Positions 31,963 through 41,609 of a stretch of 64,000 bases of DNA are shown here, piece by piece. The stretch covers positions 164,459 through 228,458 of the IMG/VR virus record IMGVR_UViG_3300035698_010479; one strand, 5' to 3'. Both the position numbers and the translations under genes were made by a program. The number at the start of each line of letters is the position of its first letter. Position 1 is the stretch's first letter. The notes beneath the pieces are model-generated. The model was given only the letters and a program-made list of their open reading frames with translations. It was not told the DNA's origin and did no database searches.

Positions 31963-33552
31963 TTAACCACGTCGTCTAATTTTCTTACCATCAGTAATAT
32001 TACCAATAGTTATATCACCTTTGACAACATACAAATCGTTAGTAGAACGGAAAGAGAAGGACTGAGTTGCATTCGCACCCATATCTAAAGTCATACCCTC
32101 ATCAGTAATTTTAAGATGCTCAACTACGATTGTTTTTAAAGCTTTTTCTGCGTTACCGGCAGAATAAGTTCCCATAGTACCGTCAACCCAGTAATGCTGA
32201 CCAACTAAGTCAGAAGTAGCTGCAACTAGACGGTTAGAACCAGTTCCACCAGCTTCCTCATCGGTTTGTGCATAAACTTTAACTACAAGTTTTAGATCCT
32301 CAGAAGACATAAGGTCAGCTAGGGCTATACTATCCAAAGTACCAGCTTTGAAAGCAGATAGTTTGTTAGCAACTTTGGCCCAGTTCTCCAAGTCACCTGC
32401 GGTAGACTCAACTGCTACTGTAATAGGAACAGGAAGTGTAAGTGGACGGTCATAAGGAGAAAGATGCCCTAACTCGGTTAAAGGCTCACGAGTAAGTGAC
32501 GCCGAGATGGATGCACTGGTTAAACGCCATGCAATGTCGAAACTTGCAGATGTATCAGAAACAATATGAACTTCAATCTGTCCCTGACGTAAAGCACCTA
32601 CAAAGTCTGGGCGGTTTAAACTATCCATAAGTGCAAAATATTTATTGTTTGTACCAGAACCATAAGCATCTGCAGAGTATATAACAACCAATCGGTCAGT
32701 AGCTACAATTGCAGTGCCTGTAGGGAAATACAAACGATGTTGTGTTCCGTTATCATGATAAATGAAAGTAGCTACAGCCGCAGTTGTACCAACTGCAACT
32801 TTAATGTTTACCATGGTATTCGTGGATGCGTCATACCAAGTTACAGCAGGTGCGCCATTAGGGTCTTTTCGTAGAAAACCAATACCACCAGTAAGAACAG
32901 CAATGTTAGCAGCTGCACCTAAAGTAAGATCTACATAACCACTGGTTACATCTCCAGCAGCAATAGTGAAGTTATCACAGTTTACGAAGCGACCATCATT
33001 CAACAACCACATTTTGTTATCTGTCTCAAGGCCATAATTCTCAGTGGCGTTAGCACCAGATGAGTAACTAAACTCCAAACTATTTGCATAAACTTTGTCC
33101 AAAAACAATGTTTGGTCAATGTTTGAAGCTAAAGAACCCGCAGAACACTCCTCTTGAACTGGTGCCCATAAAGTAACACCTGGTAGAGCTCCACAAGATA
33201 TAGCAAAGTCAGGTACACAAGCGCCGTGTAGATAAACACCGGTAGATGCTAAAGAAGCATTAACAACTTCTAGGTTTGAGTTTGTACTAGTAGCAGTTGC
33301 ATCCATAGCTCTTCGTTCTGGAAGAATCTGAGCAATCTGTGCCATAGTTGTAACGTCACCAAAGTCATTGGTGTTTAATGTTACAGCTACTGCAGGTACG
33401 TCATCAACAACGTCAATGATGTCGAGGTGACCTAATTCGAAAATATCTTCACTAGTGAAGGTAGTTGTACTACCAAAAGACTGCACTCTATATAACAAAC
33501 TGCCATTACACCATACTGACTGTGAGGCATATATTATTCGGTTACGAGCCAT
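31963..33552 (-). CDS. major tail tube protein with two tandem tube domains
   Basis: 529 aa, upstream of the chaperones and TMP, own terminator; duplicated ELGH (aa39, aa360) and GANAT (aa166, aa492) motifs. Confidence 0.78.
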   Translation of the reverse strand: MARNRIIYASQSVWCNGSLLYRVQSFGSTTTFTSEDIFELGHLDIIDVVDDVPAVAVTLNTNDFGDVTTMAQIAQILPERRAMDATATSTNSNLEVVNASLASTGVYLHGACVPDFAISCGALPGVTLWAPVQEECSAGSLASNIDQTLFLDKVYANSLEFSYSSGANATENYGLETDNKMWLLNDGRFVNCDNFTIAAGDVTSGYVDLTLGAAANIAVLTGGIGFLRKDPNGAPAVTWYDASTNTMVNIKVAVGTTAAVATFIYHDNGTQHRLYFPTGTAIVATDRLVVIYSADAYGSGTNNKYFALMDSLNRPDFVGALRQGQIEVHIVSDTSASFDIAWRLTSASISASLTREPLTELGHLSPYDRPLTLPVPITVAVESTAGDLENWAKVANKLSAFKAGTLDSIALADLMSSEDLKLVVKVYAQTDEEAGGTGSNRLVAATSDLVGQHYWVDGTMGTYSAGNAEKALKTIVVEHLKITDEGMTLDMGANATQSFSFRSTNDLYVVKGDITIGNITDGKKIRRRG

Positions 33553-33714
33553 AGTTTTTCTCCTTATAAAAAAGTTATATGCTTATTCAATTAATTGTTT
33601 TTAAACACCGTTAGTTACTGTAGCAATACGGTGAAATTCACTTTATAGGTTAGTTTAGTTTTATTCCTTTTCCTTACCACTATACTACAGGTTAGTTAAT
33701 TACTTACATTAATA

Positions 33715-34575
33715 TTAGCAATATGAAACTAAATTAAAGCTTATTTTAGACCTATAAGCATTTAAGTCAGATAAAGTTGCCGACTCATTACGACTACTTA
33801 ATGTTAAGGGTAAATTTATATTTCTAGCTTCAACATCCTCAAATCTTAGATTTGATGTACCGCTTACAACTGTTCTATCAAATAAGTTAGTTGCCTTATC
33901 GTTACTATTTTTACTATTGTAAAATGTGCCATCAAAATCCAAAACAGACCCTCTTGGAAAATCATATATTGGACAGGTTTTTAAATATAAACTATCATAT
34001 ATCAATTCTGTTATATCAGCTCTTTCAGCGGATGATGATGCAAAAACAAATATATTACTCTTCCTAATTACCTTCTTACCTCCACCTAACTGAAATCCAG
34101 TTTTCTGTGTAGCAGCTATATCAATAACTACAACTGGTGCGGATGATGCGGATAATGAGCTCCACTCATCCACTAAACTTATATACTGCCAGTAAAAATC
34201 AATGTATTTAGGTTTTAAATAACTTGGTATAATTATCTTACCATCTATATAATCTACTCTATATAAATTACCACTTATCGTAGTTAATGAGTCATCATAT
34301 ATAGTAACTCTATTGGATTGTTCAGGTGTACCAGAAAAAGTTGTAGAACATATTAAAGATTCAGTAGATAAGTCATCAAAATATGCAATGCCTCTACCGT
34401 ATTCGAATGGAGATGGCTCAGCTGTTGTTATTATATCATAGACACTTAAAGAGTTATCTGACTTAACTCTGTTTAACACCAGTTCATCTTTATCTTGGTA
34501 CTCTATAAAATCAACTAGTACTAGGTCTCTTAGGTATCTATATACACTAAGATCTTCTTTTCGTATCTTATACAT
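33715..34575 (-). CDS. putative tail terminator/completion protein
   Basis: 286 aa, immediately before the tail tube gene; VVVIDI...FQLGG...NIFVFA...ERADITELIY pattern. Confidence 0.55.
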   Translation of the reverse strand: MYKIRKEDLSVYRYLRDLVLVDFIEYQDKDELVLNRVKSDNSLSVYDIITTAEPSPFEYGRGIAYFDDLSTESLICSTTFSGTPEQSNRVTIYDDSLTTISGNLYRVDYIDGKIIIPSYLKPKYIDFYWQYISLVDEWSSLSASSAPVVVIDIAATQKTGFQLGGGKKVIRKSNIFVFASSSAERADITELIYDSLYLKTCPIYDFPRGSVLDFDGTFYNSKNSNDKATNLFDRTVVSGTSNLRFEDVEARNINLPLTLSSRNESATLSDLNAYRSKISFNLVSYC

Positions 34576-35234
34576 TAATAAGCTCTCCTTTTTATATCTT
34601 CCAACGACTTATCAACAATCTTATTAGTTAGAGCTTCCTTGCTTTTATTAAAAAAGCCTTTACCATCTTCAAATAACTCTATGGCTTGGGTGTTAGAAAA
34701 TGGAAACCTTATAAGTTTTTTATTTAGTATATTTTGTAGTATACCATGAATATTTAAAGATTCATCAACCAAATAAAAGTCTAAATCATTTGTAATTTCA
34801 CCAAAAAATCCTGGAAGGTCTAATAGTGAATTTTTTATTTGCTTACTCAATTTTTCATAATTAATTAAATAATTATAATCATTTATTGGTAGTTCATAAT
34901 AACTATTTATAACACCAATAGATAACCAATGTAAGAATTTTAATCTTCCCTCAAATTCAAAATTATCTTCATCAGGCACAAGCATCTTAACTTCACCTTT
35001 AGCGGCTACTGAAACATATGTAAAATTATTTAATGCCTCTTCATACTCCTCATAGAATAATAAAGGATTAGCCAAACTACCTTCCTCTATATTATCCACT
35101 AGTAACAGGTCCGTATAGCTTTCCAAATATACTTCTTTAAGTTTAGGTAAAAAACTATCAAAAATATCTAACGTATTTATAAAAAGTAACTTCTCCAAGT
35201 CAACTGCTACTTTATCAGCACTACCTCTTTTCAC
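34575..35234 (-). CDS. putative head-tail/tail completion protein
   Basis: 219 aa; assigned from synteny only. Confidence 0.45.
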   Translation of the reverse strand: MKRGSADKVAVDLEKLLFINTLDIFDSFLPKLKEVYLESYTDLLLVDNIEEGSLANPLLFYEEYEEALNNFTYVSVAAKGEVKMLVPDEDNFEFEGRLKFLHWLSIGVINSYYELPINDYNYLINYEKLSKQIKNSLLDLPGFFGEITNDLDFYLVDESLNIHGILQNILNKKLIRFPFSNTQAIELFEDGKGFFNKSKEALTNKIVDKSLEDIKRRAY

Positions 35235-35818
35235 TAGTATTCCTTATCACTACTATTAGAGGGTGGTGATATATTATCTGATGTAAAAGCAAGCACTATT
35301 AGTAAAGCAGTTTCACCTATGCCTCTTAAAGTAGGTGGTTTAGACAAAACACATCTTGCCCCATCTACAACCATGTATGTACAGTTTGTAAATAATTCTT
35401 TGTATTTAGGTTCTATCTTTAACTCAACACTTGTACTACCTGAAAATCCTGGGGAATCACTTACAAGGGCCCCACCAGATTCTGGGTCCCAAGTTATTTT
35501 ACACTTAACCCAAACTTTGCGTATGGTTTCAAGAAAACCCTTACCTTTGCATATAGGACATCTACCTGTAGAAAAATATTTGTATTTCAGACCAGGGCCA
35601 CCTGATTGTATATACTCATTTTGTTTTTGTAGAGCTTCTGGTAATGTCCACTTACATGTATTTGTACTACTACTTGTAAGTTTATCAAAGAAACAATTAA
35701 AACATTCATGTTTTGTTGGCTGTTTAAAAACTTCAACAGGGCTACCTAAATCAGACATAATGTTTCTTATAACTTGAGTATATCTTTTTTTAGTGAAGGT
35801 ACTTATTCTTTTTCTCAT
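35234..35818 (-). CDS. putative head-closure protein with Zn-binding motifs
   Basis: 194 aa; contains CFNC and CPICKGKG; synteny after the adaptor. Confidence 0.5.
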   Translation of the reverse strand: MRKRISTFTKKRYTQVIRNIMSDLGSPVEVFKQPTKHECFNCFFDKLTSSSTNTCKWTLPEALQKQNEYIQSGGPGLKYKYFSTGRCPICKGKGFLETIRKVWVKCKITWDPESGGALVSDSPGFSGSTSVELKIEPKYKELFTNCTYMVVDGARCVLSKPPTLRGIGETALLIVLAFTSDNISPPSNSSDKEY

Positions 35819-35845
35819 TTCAAATCCTATAATTATTTAATTACA

Positions 35846-36802
35846 TTAATCTATTCTTACACCACCAAAACCAATAAATCTTTTTACTTTTACTGCCTCA
35901 TCTAGTTGCTTTTTCAATCTAGCTAATAATTTATCTCGTGCTACAAGACCAGCTGCAGGATTATATGTATCTCTACTATCCACAATTTCTGCGCCATCCT
36001 CGATTGCAAGCTCCCATAATTCACCACTTAAAATATCATAAGCAGTCTGTAGTAAATATATATCTTGTGTACAATTTGAAGTAGTTAAAGGTGCTGGAGG
36101 AGAACACGTATCATAAGCATCTAGTATTTGTTTATCACTATTTCTAAAAGTATAATACCACACATCTATAGTTTGAGGTACCCCGGATATGGTAGTATTA
36201 TTTAAATCAACTATAGAATTAAATTTTAAATATTTATAACCATTAACTGAAGGATCCACACTAGAGGTATATTGATTTCCGTATATGTTTATACTTGTTG
36301 GCCACCCTTTTTCCTCTAATTCAAATACCATAGAATTTGTATGGAAAGAGGCTAGTGCACCGTCCCCAAAAGATCTATGTAACTCAACTGGATCTCCAAT
36401 AAGAAGTCTTATTTTATTTACTAATAATTTATCTGACGTACCTAAGGAAGTCTCCGAGGGGTACATAGGATTATAATAAATAGAACCTATACTTCCTTGT
36501 ATAGGATCTGACCAACCACTACTAGAACTACCTACATTGTTAGAGTATCTAGTAATATACCAGCTATCGGCAGTGCCATCAGGGTCAACAAAATAATATT
36601 GGGTGAATGAGTGTGACAACAGAATATCACTTACATTATTTCTATTGTTCACTTGGTCTATACCGGTCAAAATAGTAGCAAATTGAGATTCATCTACAGG
36701 TATAGTTGGTGAGGAGCTTCCGATATAGCGAAGTATGTTGATCCTACTAAATACATATAAAACATCTACTATGTTATCTACGGTTATTGATAAATTTATC
36801 AT
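35846..36802 (-). CDS. putative head-tail adaptor/neck protein
   Basis: 318 aa, beta-rich N-terminus and helical C-terminus; synteny after the capsid. Confidence 0.5.
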   Translation of the reverse strand: MINLSITVDNIVDVLYVFSRINILRYIGSSSPTIPVDESQFATILTGIDQVNNRNNVSDILLSHSFTQYYFVDPDGTADSWYITRYSNNVGSSSSGWSDPIQGSIGSIYYNPMYPSETSLGTSDKLLVNKIRLLIGDPVELHRSFGDGALASFHTNSMVFELEEKGWPTSINIYGNQYTSSVDPSVNGYKYLKFNSIVDLNNTTISGVPQTIDVWYYTFRNSDKQILDAYDTCSPPAPLTTSNCTQDIYLLQTAYDILSGELWELAIEDGAEIVDSRDTYNPAAGLVARDKLLARLKKQLDEAVKVKRFIGFGGVRID

Positions 36803-36875
36803 AATTTGTTTAGACCCCGTTTATATGTAAAAGTTATTACCATATTATATAACTACTTTATTTTTAAATATACTT

Positions 36876-36909
36876 AAAAGGCCCACACAAAAATTATTAA
36901 GTATGGGCC
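36876..36909 (-). terminator. intrinsic terminator
   Basis: GGCCCATAC...GTGTGGGCC-TTTT on the minus strand. Confidence 0.6.
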
Positions 36910-36916
36910 AGTATTA

Positions 36917-37387
36917 TTATCCGTTTGGATGCATACTTAATTCCATTACACGCTTATCTATAATTCTACATAGAGATTCCTTATTAGGAAGTGGTTTACA
37001 TTCCCTTAAAGCAAACTTAAGAAGTTTAATATCCATAATACCAGGGATTATCTCTCTTGCTTTTCGTACTGGTAAGTTCATTACATCTTGTACACTCATC
37101 TTACTAGCTACTACATCTCCAGCACCATTAGTTTCATATTTAACTGTACTTGGTTCTTTTACTGCTGGCTCAACTGGTATATCTTCTTCCTCTACTATAA
37201 TCCAGTCGTCTGCAGTACCTCGTAGCTTAACTTCTCTTAACCACTTTACAAAGTCTTTTTCGCTGATGTTATGACGTTTACCGTATAGTGTATACAATTC
37301 ATCAAGTGGTACCTTACCACCAGGTCTAACACTCATCTTAAAAATATGTACCCAAGCAGTTTTTTTACTTTTTATGTATCCCTTCAT
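36917..37387 (-). CDS. hypothetical protein
   Basis: 156 aa, AAGGAG RBS. Confidence 0.65.
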   Translation of the reverse strand: MKGYIKSKKTAWVHIFKMSVRPGGKVPLDELYTLYGKRHNISEKDFVKWLREVKLRGTADDWIIVEEEDIPVEPAVKEPSTVKYETNGAGDVVASKMSVQDVMNLPVRKAREIIPGIMDIKLLKFALRECKPLPNKESLCRIIDKRVMELSMHPNG

Positions 37388-37407
37388 GACTTACTCCTTT
37401 TCCAAAA

Positions 37408-37728
37408 TTAATTTTCACTTCTCCTTGTCCGATCTATAAAATTATGTAATACATTTGAACTTTTATGAAGCAGTAATCCTATAATGAACCAATCTACCCA
37501 AAAACTTACTATATGTATATTTAGTACAACCAAACCAACTAATGTACCTGACCATACTGAGAAACATATTGGGCAATCAAGCAGATCGTGTATAAAGTTA
37601 AAAACTTTATTAGCTTTTCTTTTAAAAAACCACGCCCTAACTGGTTCAAATAAAACAGACTTAACAACAATGTCTGTTACTGTTTCAGTGAGTACCACTG
37701 ATATTAAAAATAGAATTATATTGTTCAT
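37408..37728 (-). CDS. small membrane protein, DUF1360-like
   Basis: 106 aa, 2-3 hydrophobic segments, LLDCPICFSVW motif resembling the DUF1360 CxxCxSVW signature. Confidence 0.6.
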   Translation of the reverse strand: MNNIILFLISVVLTETVTDIVVKSVLFEPVRAWFFKRKANKVFNFIHDLLDCPICFSVWSGTLVGLVVLNIHIVSFWVDWFIIGLLLHKSSNVLHNFIDRTRRSEN

Positions 37729-37871
37729 ATCATATAAAAGTTAGTTTATTGTGGATTAAAATGTTTTAATTGGGTTTACTACATTCTTTGGTATGCATAT
37801 CTTCTAATGTAATATCACTACTAACTATTAATATCAAATATAGTAATACGATTAAAAGTAGTAACTAAAAC

Positions 37872-37905
37872 AAAACCCACTACTAAATTAATAGTAGTGG
37901 GTTTT
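37872..37905. terminator. bidirectional intrinsic terminator after the major capsid gene
   Basis: Perfect 14-bp stem AAAACCCACTACTA-aattaa-TAGTAGTGGGTTTT. Confidence 0.85.
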
Positions 37906-37929
37906 ATAACTATATAATATTACTTAATA

Positions 37930-39003
37930 TTATATTTGTGAACGGTCAATGACTCCTAGTCCCAACATACGACTATCAAGGCACGCAAAACCGAGCTCTG
38001 CCCATCCAAAAAATCCTTGTTTTTGAACACGTAGAAGAGTTGGGTCCTCATGTGCTTCGTACTCTTTTCTAACAGGCATAACTAAAGAGTCATTAGAAGT
38101 CATATCGAAACCATAAATCTGAGTCTCACCTAATGTGGTTACTGTACCATCGGCATCAGTAATGTTAGCATTATCCAAAGTATAAGAATTATATTTACCA
38201 GCACCGTCAGCAAGGAATTTGCCATACTGTGAAGTATTACCATTAATATTGTACAATCCAGGAGCACCTAAATGTTGTACTTCATGAAGAGCTACGTTCC
38301 AGATACTTCCCATACCAGCAGCTGTAAATACTTCTCTACGGGTAATAGGATCGATATCAGTATCAGTCCACTCACGAATATCTGCAGCGTCTTCTGGAGA
38401 TACATATAGGTCAGTAAGGGTTCTACCTAAACGTTTGAAGCCAACCAACATTTTATTTACCAATTCTTTAGAAAGATATCCGGCACCAGTAGCAGCGGTA
38501 GGAATCTCATAAATTGGAGCTGGTCTAGCACCTAAAAGACCTTTACCAGAAAAACCGGAAGTAGCAGCTGGTACGATTACTCTCCAACCACATTCTTCCT
38601 CATAATTAGCCAAGTCTTTTGCAACTCTAGCAGCGGTTCTTTGAACAACATCAATACGTGAGTCACGTGCATAGGTAATCTTCCAGTCTGCGGAAGCATT
38701 AATACTGAAAGTAGGTACATAAACCTCTTCACCGATACCCTCGATGAAGTTCTGGGCCTGATAACCTAAACCAGGAAGAACCCATACTGGGATTTCAAAA
38801 TCTTCGGCAACTGGGTATACTGCTTGTGCACCTGGTGCCAATCTTTCAACTGCAAACAACTGACGCATAATGGACTCTAGCTCTACTTTCTGTAAAATAG
38901 GTGTAGTGATAGCAGCTGCGAAAGCCCTATAAGCTGCCATACCTTCTGGAGTCTGAACTTCAGCGGTAGCAGCAAACAATTTTCTCATTTCATTAATATC
39001 CAT
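37930..39003 (-). CDS. major capsid protein (HK97 fold)
   Basis: 357 aa after protease/scaffold/decoration genes; strong RBS and terminator; E-loop-like YVPTFSINAS..WKITYARDSRIDVVQR..ARVAKDLANYEE. Confidence 0.85.
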   Translation of the reverse strand: MDINEMRKLFAATAEVQTPEGMAAYRAFAAAITTPILQKVELESIMRQLFAVERLAPGAQAVYPVAEDFEIPVWVLPGLGYQAQNFIEGIGEEVYVPTFSINASADWKITYARDSRIDVVQRTAARVAKDLANYEEECGWRVIVPAATSGFSGKGLLGARPAPIYEIPTAATGAGYLSKELVNKMLVGFKRLGRTLTDLYVSPEDAADIREWTDTDIDPITRREVFTAAGMGSIWNVALHEVQHLGAPGLYNINGNTSQYGKFLADGAGKYNSYTLDNANITDADGTVTTLGETQIYGFDMTSNDSLVMPVRKEYEAHEDPTLLRVQKQGFFGWAELGFACLDSRMLGLGVIDRSQI

Positions 39004-39072
39004 TGTAGCTCCTTTTATTGTATTTATTTATGGAAGGGTAGGTATTATCCTACCCCTTAATCCATGTGTTAT

Positions 39073-39699
39073 TTAAACTAATAGTTTCACTCTGAGTGCA
39101 AATTTAGTACCACCACCAAAAGTAGAGGTAGCTTTAGCTGCAGATACACCTTTAACTACTTTAGCAACTACAGTGGTGTTACAACGCTCACCAGAAACAT
39201 CAGTACCATTAGATGCAACTGTAGAGTTAGTAAGTTTACCTTCATCAGCTGCTGGGAACATACTCTGTCCAGGTATAGGTTGGGAACCATCAGCAACACT
39301 AACTACGCCACTTGTGGTTGTACTAACACATGTATAATGGATTGTATCATAAATACCAAGATGGGCTACACCTACAGGTACTGTAGTAGTACCAGTGATT
39401 GCGCCAGTGTTACTATAAGTAGGTTGGGCGATTGCATCACTTGAACCAAGATCACCTGGCATAACAAAACCAACTGGGTGAACTGAATGATAACCAGTTT
39501 TTACTTTTTGCATTAAAAATCCAAAAGGATCGGCAGTAACGCCATGAGCAAATTTCAAAACTTCTGATTCTTCTTTAGTACTGTCCAAATATACAACAGC
39601 ACCGGCATAAGCTATAGCTCCACCAATACCAGCGGTATTGACTGAGCTACCATATAAACAAAACTGATCTTCTACAACAGGGTGTCTAGGAATAAACAT
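39073..39699 (-). CDS. head decoration/cement protein
   Basis: 208 aa, G/T/V-rich, directly upstream of the MCP. Confidence 0.6.
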   Translation of the reverse strand: MFIPRHPVVEDQFCLYGSSVNTAGIGGAIAYAGAVVYLDSTKEESEVLKFAHGVTADPFGFLMQKVKTGYHSVHPVGFVMPGDLGSSDAIAQPTYSNTGAITGTTTVPVGVAHLGIYDTIHYTCVSTTTSGVVSVADGSQPIPGQSMFPAADEGKLTNSTVASNGTDVSGERCNTTVVAKVVKGVSAAKATSTFGGGTKFALRVKLLV

Positions 39700-39716
39700 A
39701 TAATTTTCCTCCTCAA

Positions 39717-40424
39717 TTATTTTTTAGTAATAGATTTAGCAAGTGCATCTCCCAAGTCTCTATACTTCGAAATAAGATCCTGAGAAGGGGTTGTTTCTAA
39801 ATTTAAAGCGGCCTGAACTGATTGGGTAGTATCCACATTTGCTGGTGGTACTACAGTGTCTTCTACAACAACTTCTGCTTCAACTACTGCGGCTTCAACT
39901 ACTGCGGCTTCAACTTTCTTAGCTGCAAGAGACGCAATAACCTGAGCTTTAACAGCAGCCAACTCGTCTTTATAAGCTACGAAATCTTCGTCACTCATGG
40001 TTTTAACTTTATCTCTTTGAATAGAGGCCTGTTCACGAACAACACCCACTTTTTCAAGCTCAGTCATACGAGTATCGGCTAAGAGCTCCATCTTAAGTGT
40101 TGAAAATTCAAGACTAAGCTTTTCTAATTCAGTATCAGATGCATTCTTAGCTTCAGTTGCTACTGATAGGTCATCTTGAAATTTCTGTTCCAAAGCAGCT
40201 TTCTCTTCTTTTAGTGTTAGAATTTGAGCAGATAGGTCTGTTATTACAGTACCCTGGTCTACATTATTCTGATTTGCTTTTGCCAACTCTTCTTGCATTA
40301 CTGTCAATTTATTTGCAGATGCGTGAAGAGCGTCTTCAGTCTTCTTACGTTTAGTATCTTCCTCTTTACTAGCGAAAATAGTTGTAACGACTTTTTCAAT
40401 TTGATCTTTTAACTTATCTTCCAT
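39717..40424 (-). CDS. capsid scaffolding protein
   Basis: 235 aa coiled coil, E/K/A-rich, between protease and MCP; short 15-bp repeat (VEAAV) at 39877-39915. Confidence 0.7.
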   Translation of the reverse strand: MEDKLKDQIEKVVTTIFASKEEDTKRKKTEDALHASANKLTVMQEELAKANQNNVDQGTVITDLSAQILTLKEEKAALEQKFQDDLSVATEAKNASDTELEKLSLEFSTLKMELLADTRMTELEKVGVVREQASIQRDKVKTMSDEDFVAYKDELAAVKAQVIASLAAKKVEAAVVEAAVVEAEVVVEDTVVPPANVDTTQSVQAALNLETTPSQDLISKYRDLGDALAKSITKK

Positions 40425-40508
40425 TATATTCCTCCTAATTAAATTCTAAATAAATTGTTTTATAACTAACCTAAGTTTACATTAATCCTATCCATGTCCA
40501 AACGTGGT

Positions 40509-41594
40509 TTACTTTTTAAGTAAATCGTTTATAGTATCTACTAGTTTGTCTATCTCTTGTTCTTTCTGTAATGCTGAAATTTTACGTTTAGCAACTTCTG
40601 TAATAAATTCGGATGTAAATAATTTAGCTAAACAGCTAGAGTTTGTAAAATCACCAGTTGTTGTACAAGTGGCCTCGAATTTACCACACCAATTACTACT
40701 AATAACATTAGAATCTTGATCTTTGTAAATTGAATCAACTGATTCTTTCTTATAATACACACATATACCAGGAGAATCATCAGCTGCTATAACTAATTCT
40801 AGTTTTGTATCTACATTACTAGAGGTTACATTATTACTTGCTGTTTCTAACGTATCATAATCAAATTTTACAATATCATCATTGACTATATTATCTACAG
40901 CTGCAGTGGCTTCAAATATTACAGATGGTTTATTAGCTGGTTGTTTAACTATACCTACACCGGAAAAACAAATTCCTCTTAGTACTTTTGCTATAGTACC
41001 CTCATCAATAATCTCTCCTGATTTTATCACTTTAGCAGCTTTACCATAAAGAGACTCGTTAGCTACGTCAAATCCCATTAACTGGGCTTCCTCAGCAGTC
41101 ATTAGTGTACTCCCAACAAGTATATCATAAGAAGTATAATAAGCTTCCATAGATACTTTCCACTCACCATCTTTTATCTCTTTAGCCAAAGATGGGAACC
41201 TTGTTTTATAAACTACACTAGCTATTTCAATATGCATATCTTGTGCGTCTAGTTTATCAGAAGTATGTGCGGCTAGCTCAGTACTGTTTAATTTATTACC
41301 TTTTGCGTCAGTGTATTCGCAGGCGTATATATGGCCAATGATCTCATTTTCTTCATGCTCAACATCAACTGCTTTAGCCACTACAGTCTTTCTAGCCTTC
41401 ACTAACTCACTGCTCATAAAATGGGCATTATTTAAGTTAGTACCTGAACTTACAAATCTACTTGTAAAATACATTAAATCTGGTTGACGTTCCTCTACAC
41501 CTGGTAAAGGAATTACAGAAGCTACTTCTTTACGCATAGCTTCTGTCTCTTTTACATAATCTAAGCTAGCTGTCATATAAAATTTATGTTTCAT
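40509..41594 (-). CDS. prohead (capsid maturation) protease
   Basis: 361 aa after the portal; DVEH...IIGHI and WKVSMEAY motifs (His and Ser of the herpes/HK97-type protease fold). Confidence 0.7.
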   Translation of the reverse strand: MKHKFYMTASLDYVKETEAMRKEVASVIPLPGVEERQPDLMYFTSRFVSSGTNLNNAHFMSSELVKARKTVVAKAVDVEHEENEIIGHIYACEYTDAKGNKLNSTELAAHTSDKLDAQDMHIEIASVVYKTRFPSLAKEIKDGEWKVSMEAYYTSYDILVGSTLMTAEEAQLMGFDVANESLYGKAAKVIKSGEIIDEGTIAKVLRGICFSGVGIVKQPANKPSVIFEATAAVDNIVNDDIVKFDYDTLETASNNVTSSNVDTKLELVIAADDSPGICVYYKKESVDSIYKDQDSNVISSNWCGKFEATCTTTGDFTNSSCLAKLFTSEFITEVAKRKISALQKEQEIDKLVDTINDLLKK

Positions 41595-41609
41595 AGTAAT
41601 TTCCTTATA

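Noticed and set aside
31963-33552. Tail sheath call for the 529-aa protein based on size
   Set aside because: The duplicated tube-type motifs explain the size and no sheath signature was recognised
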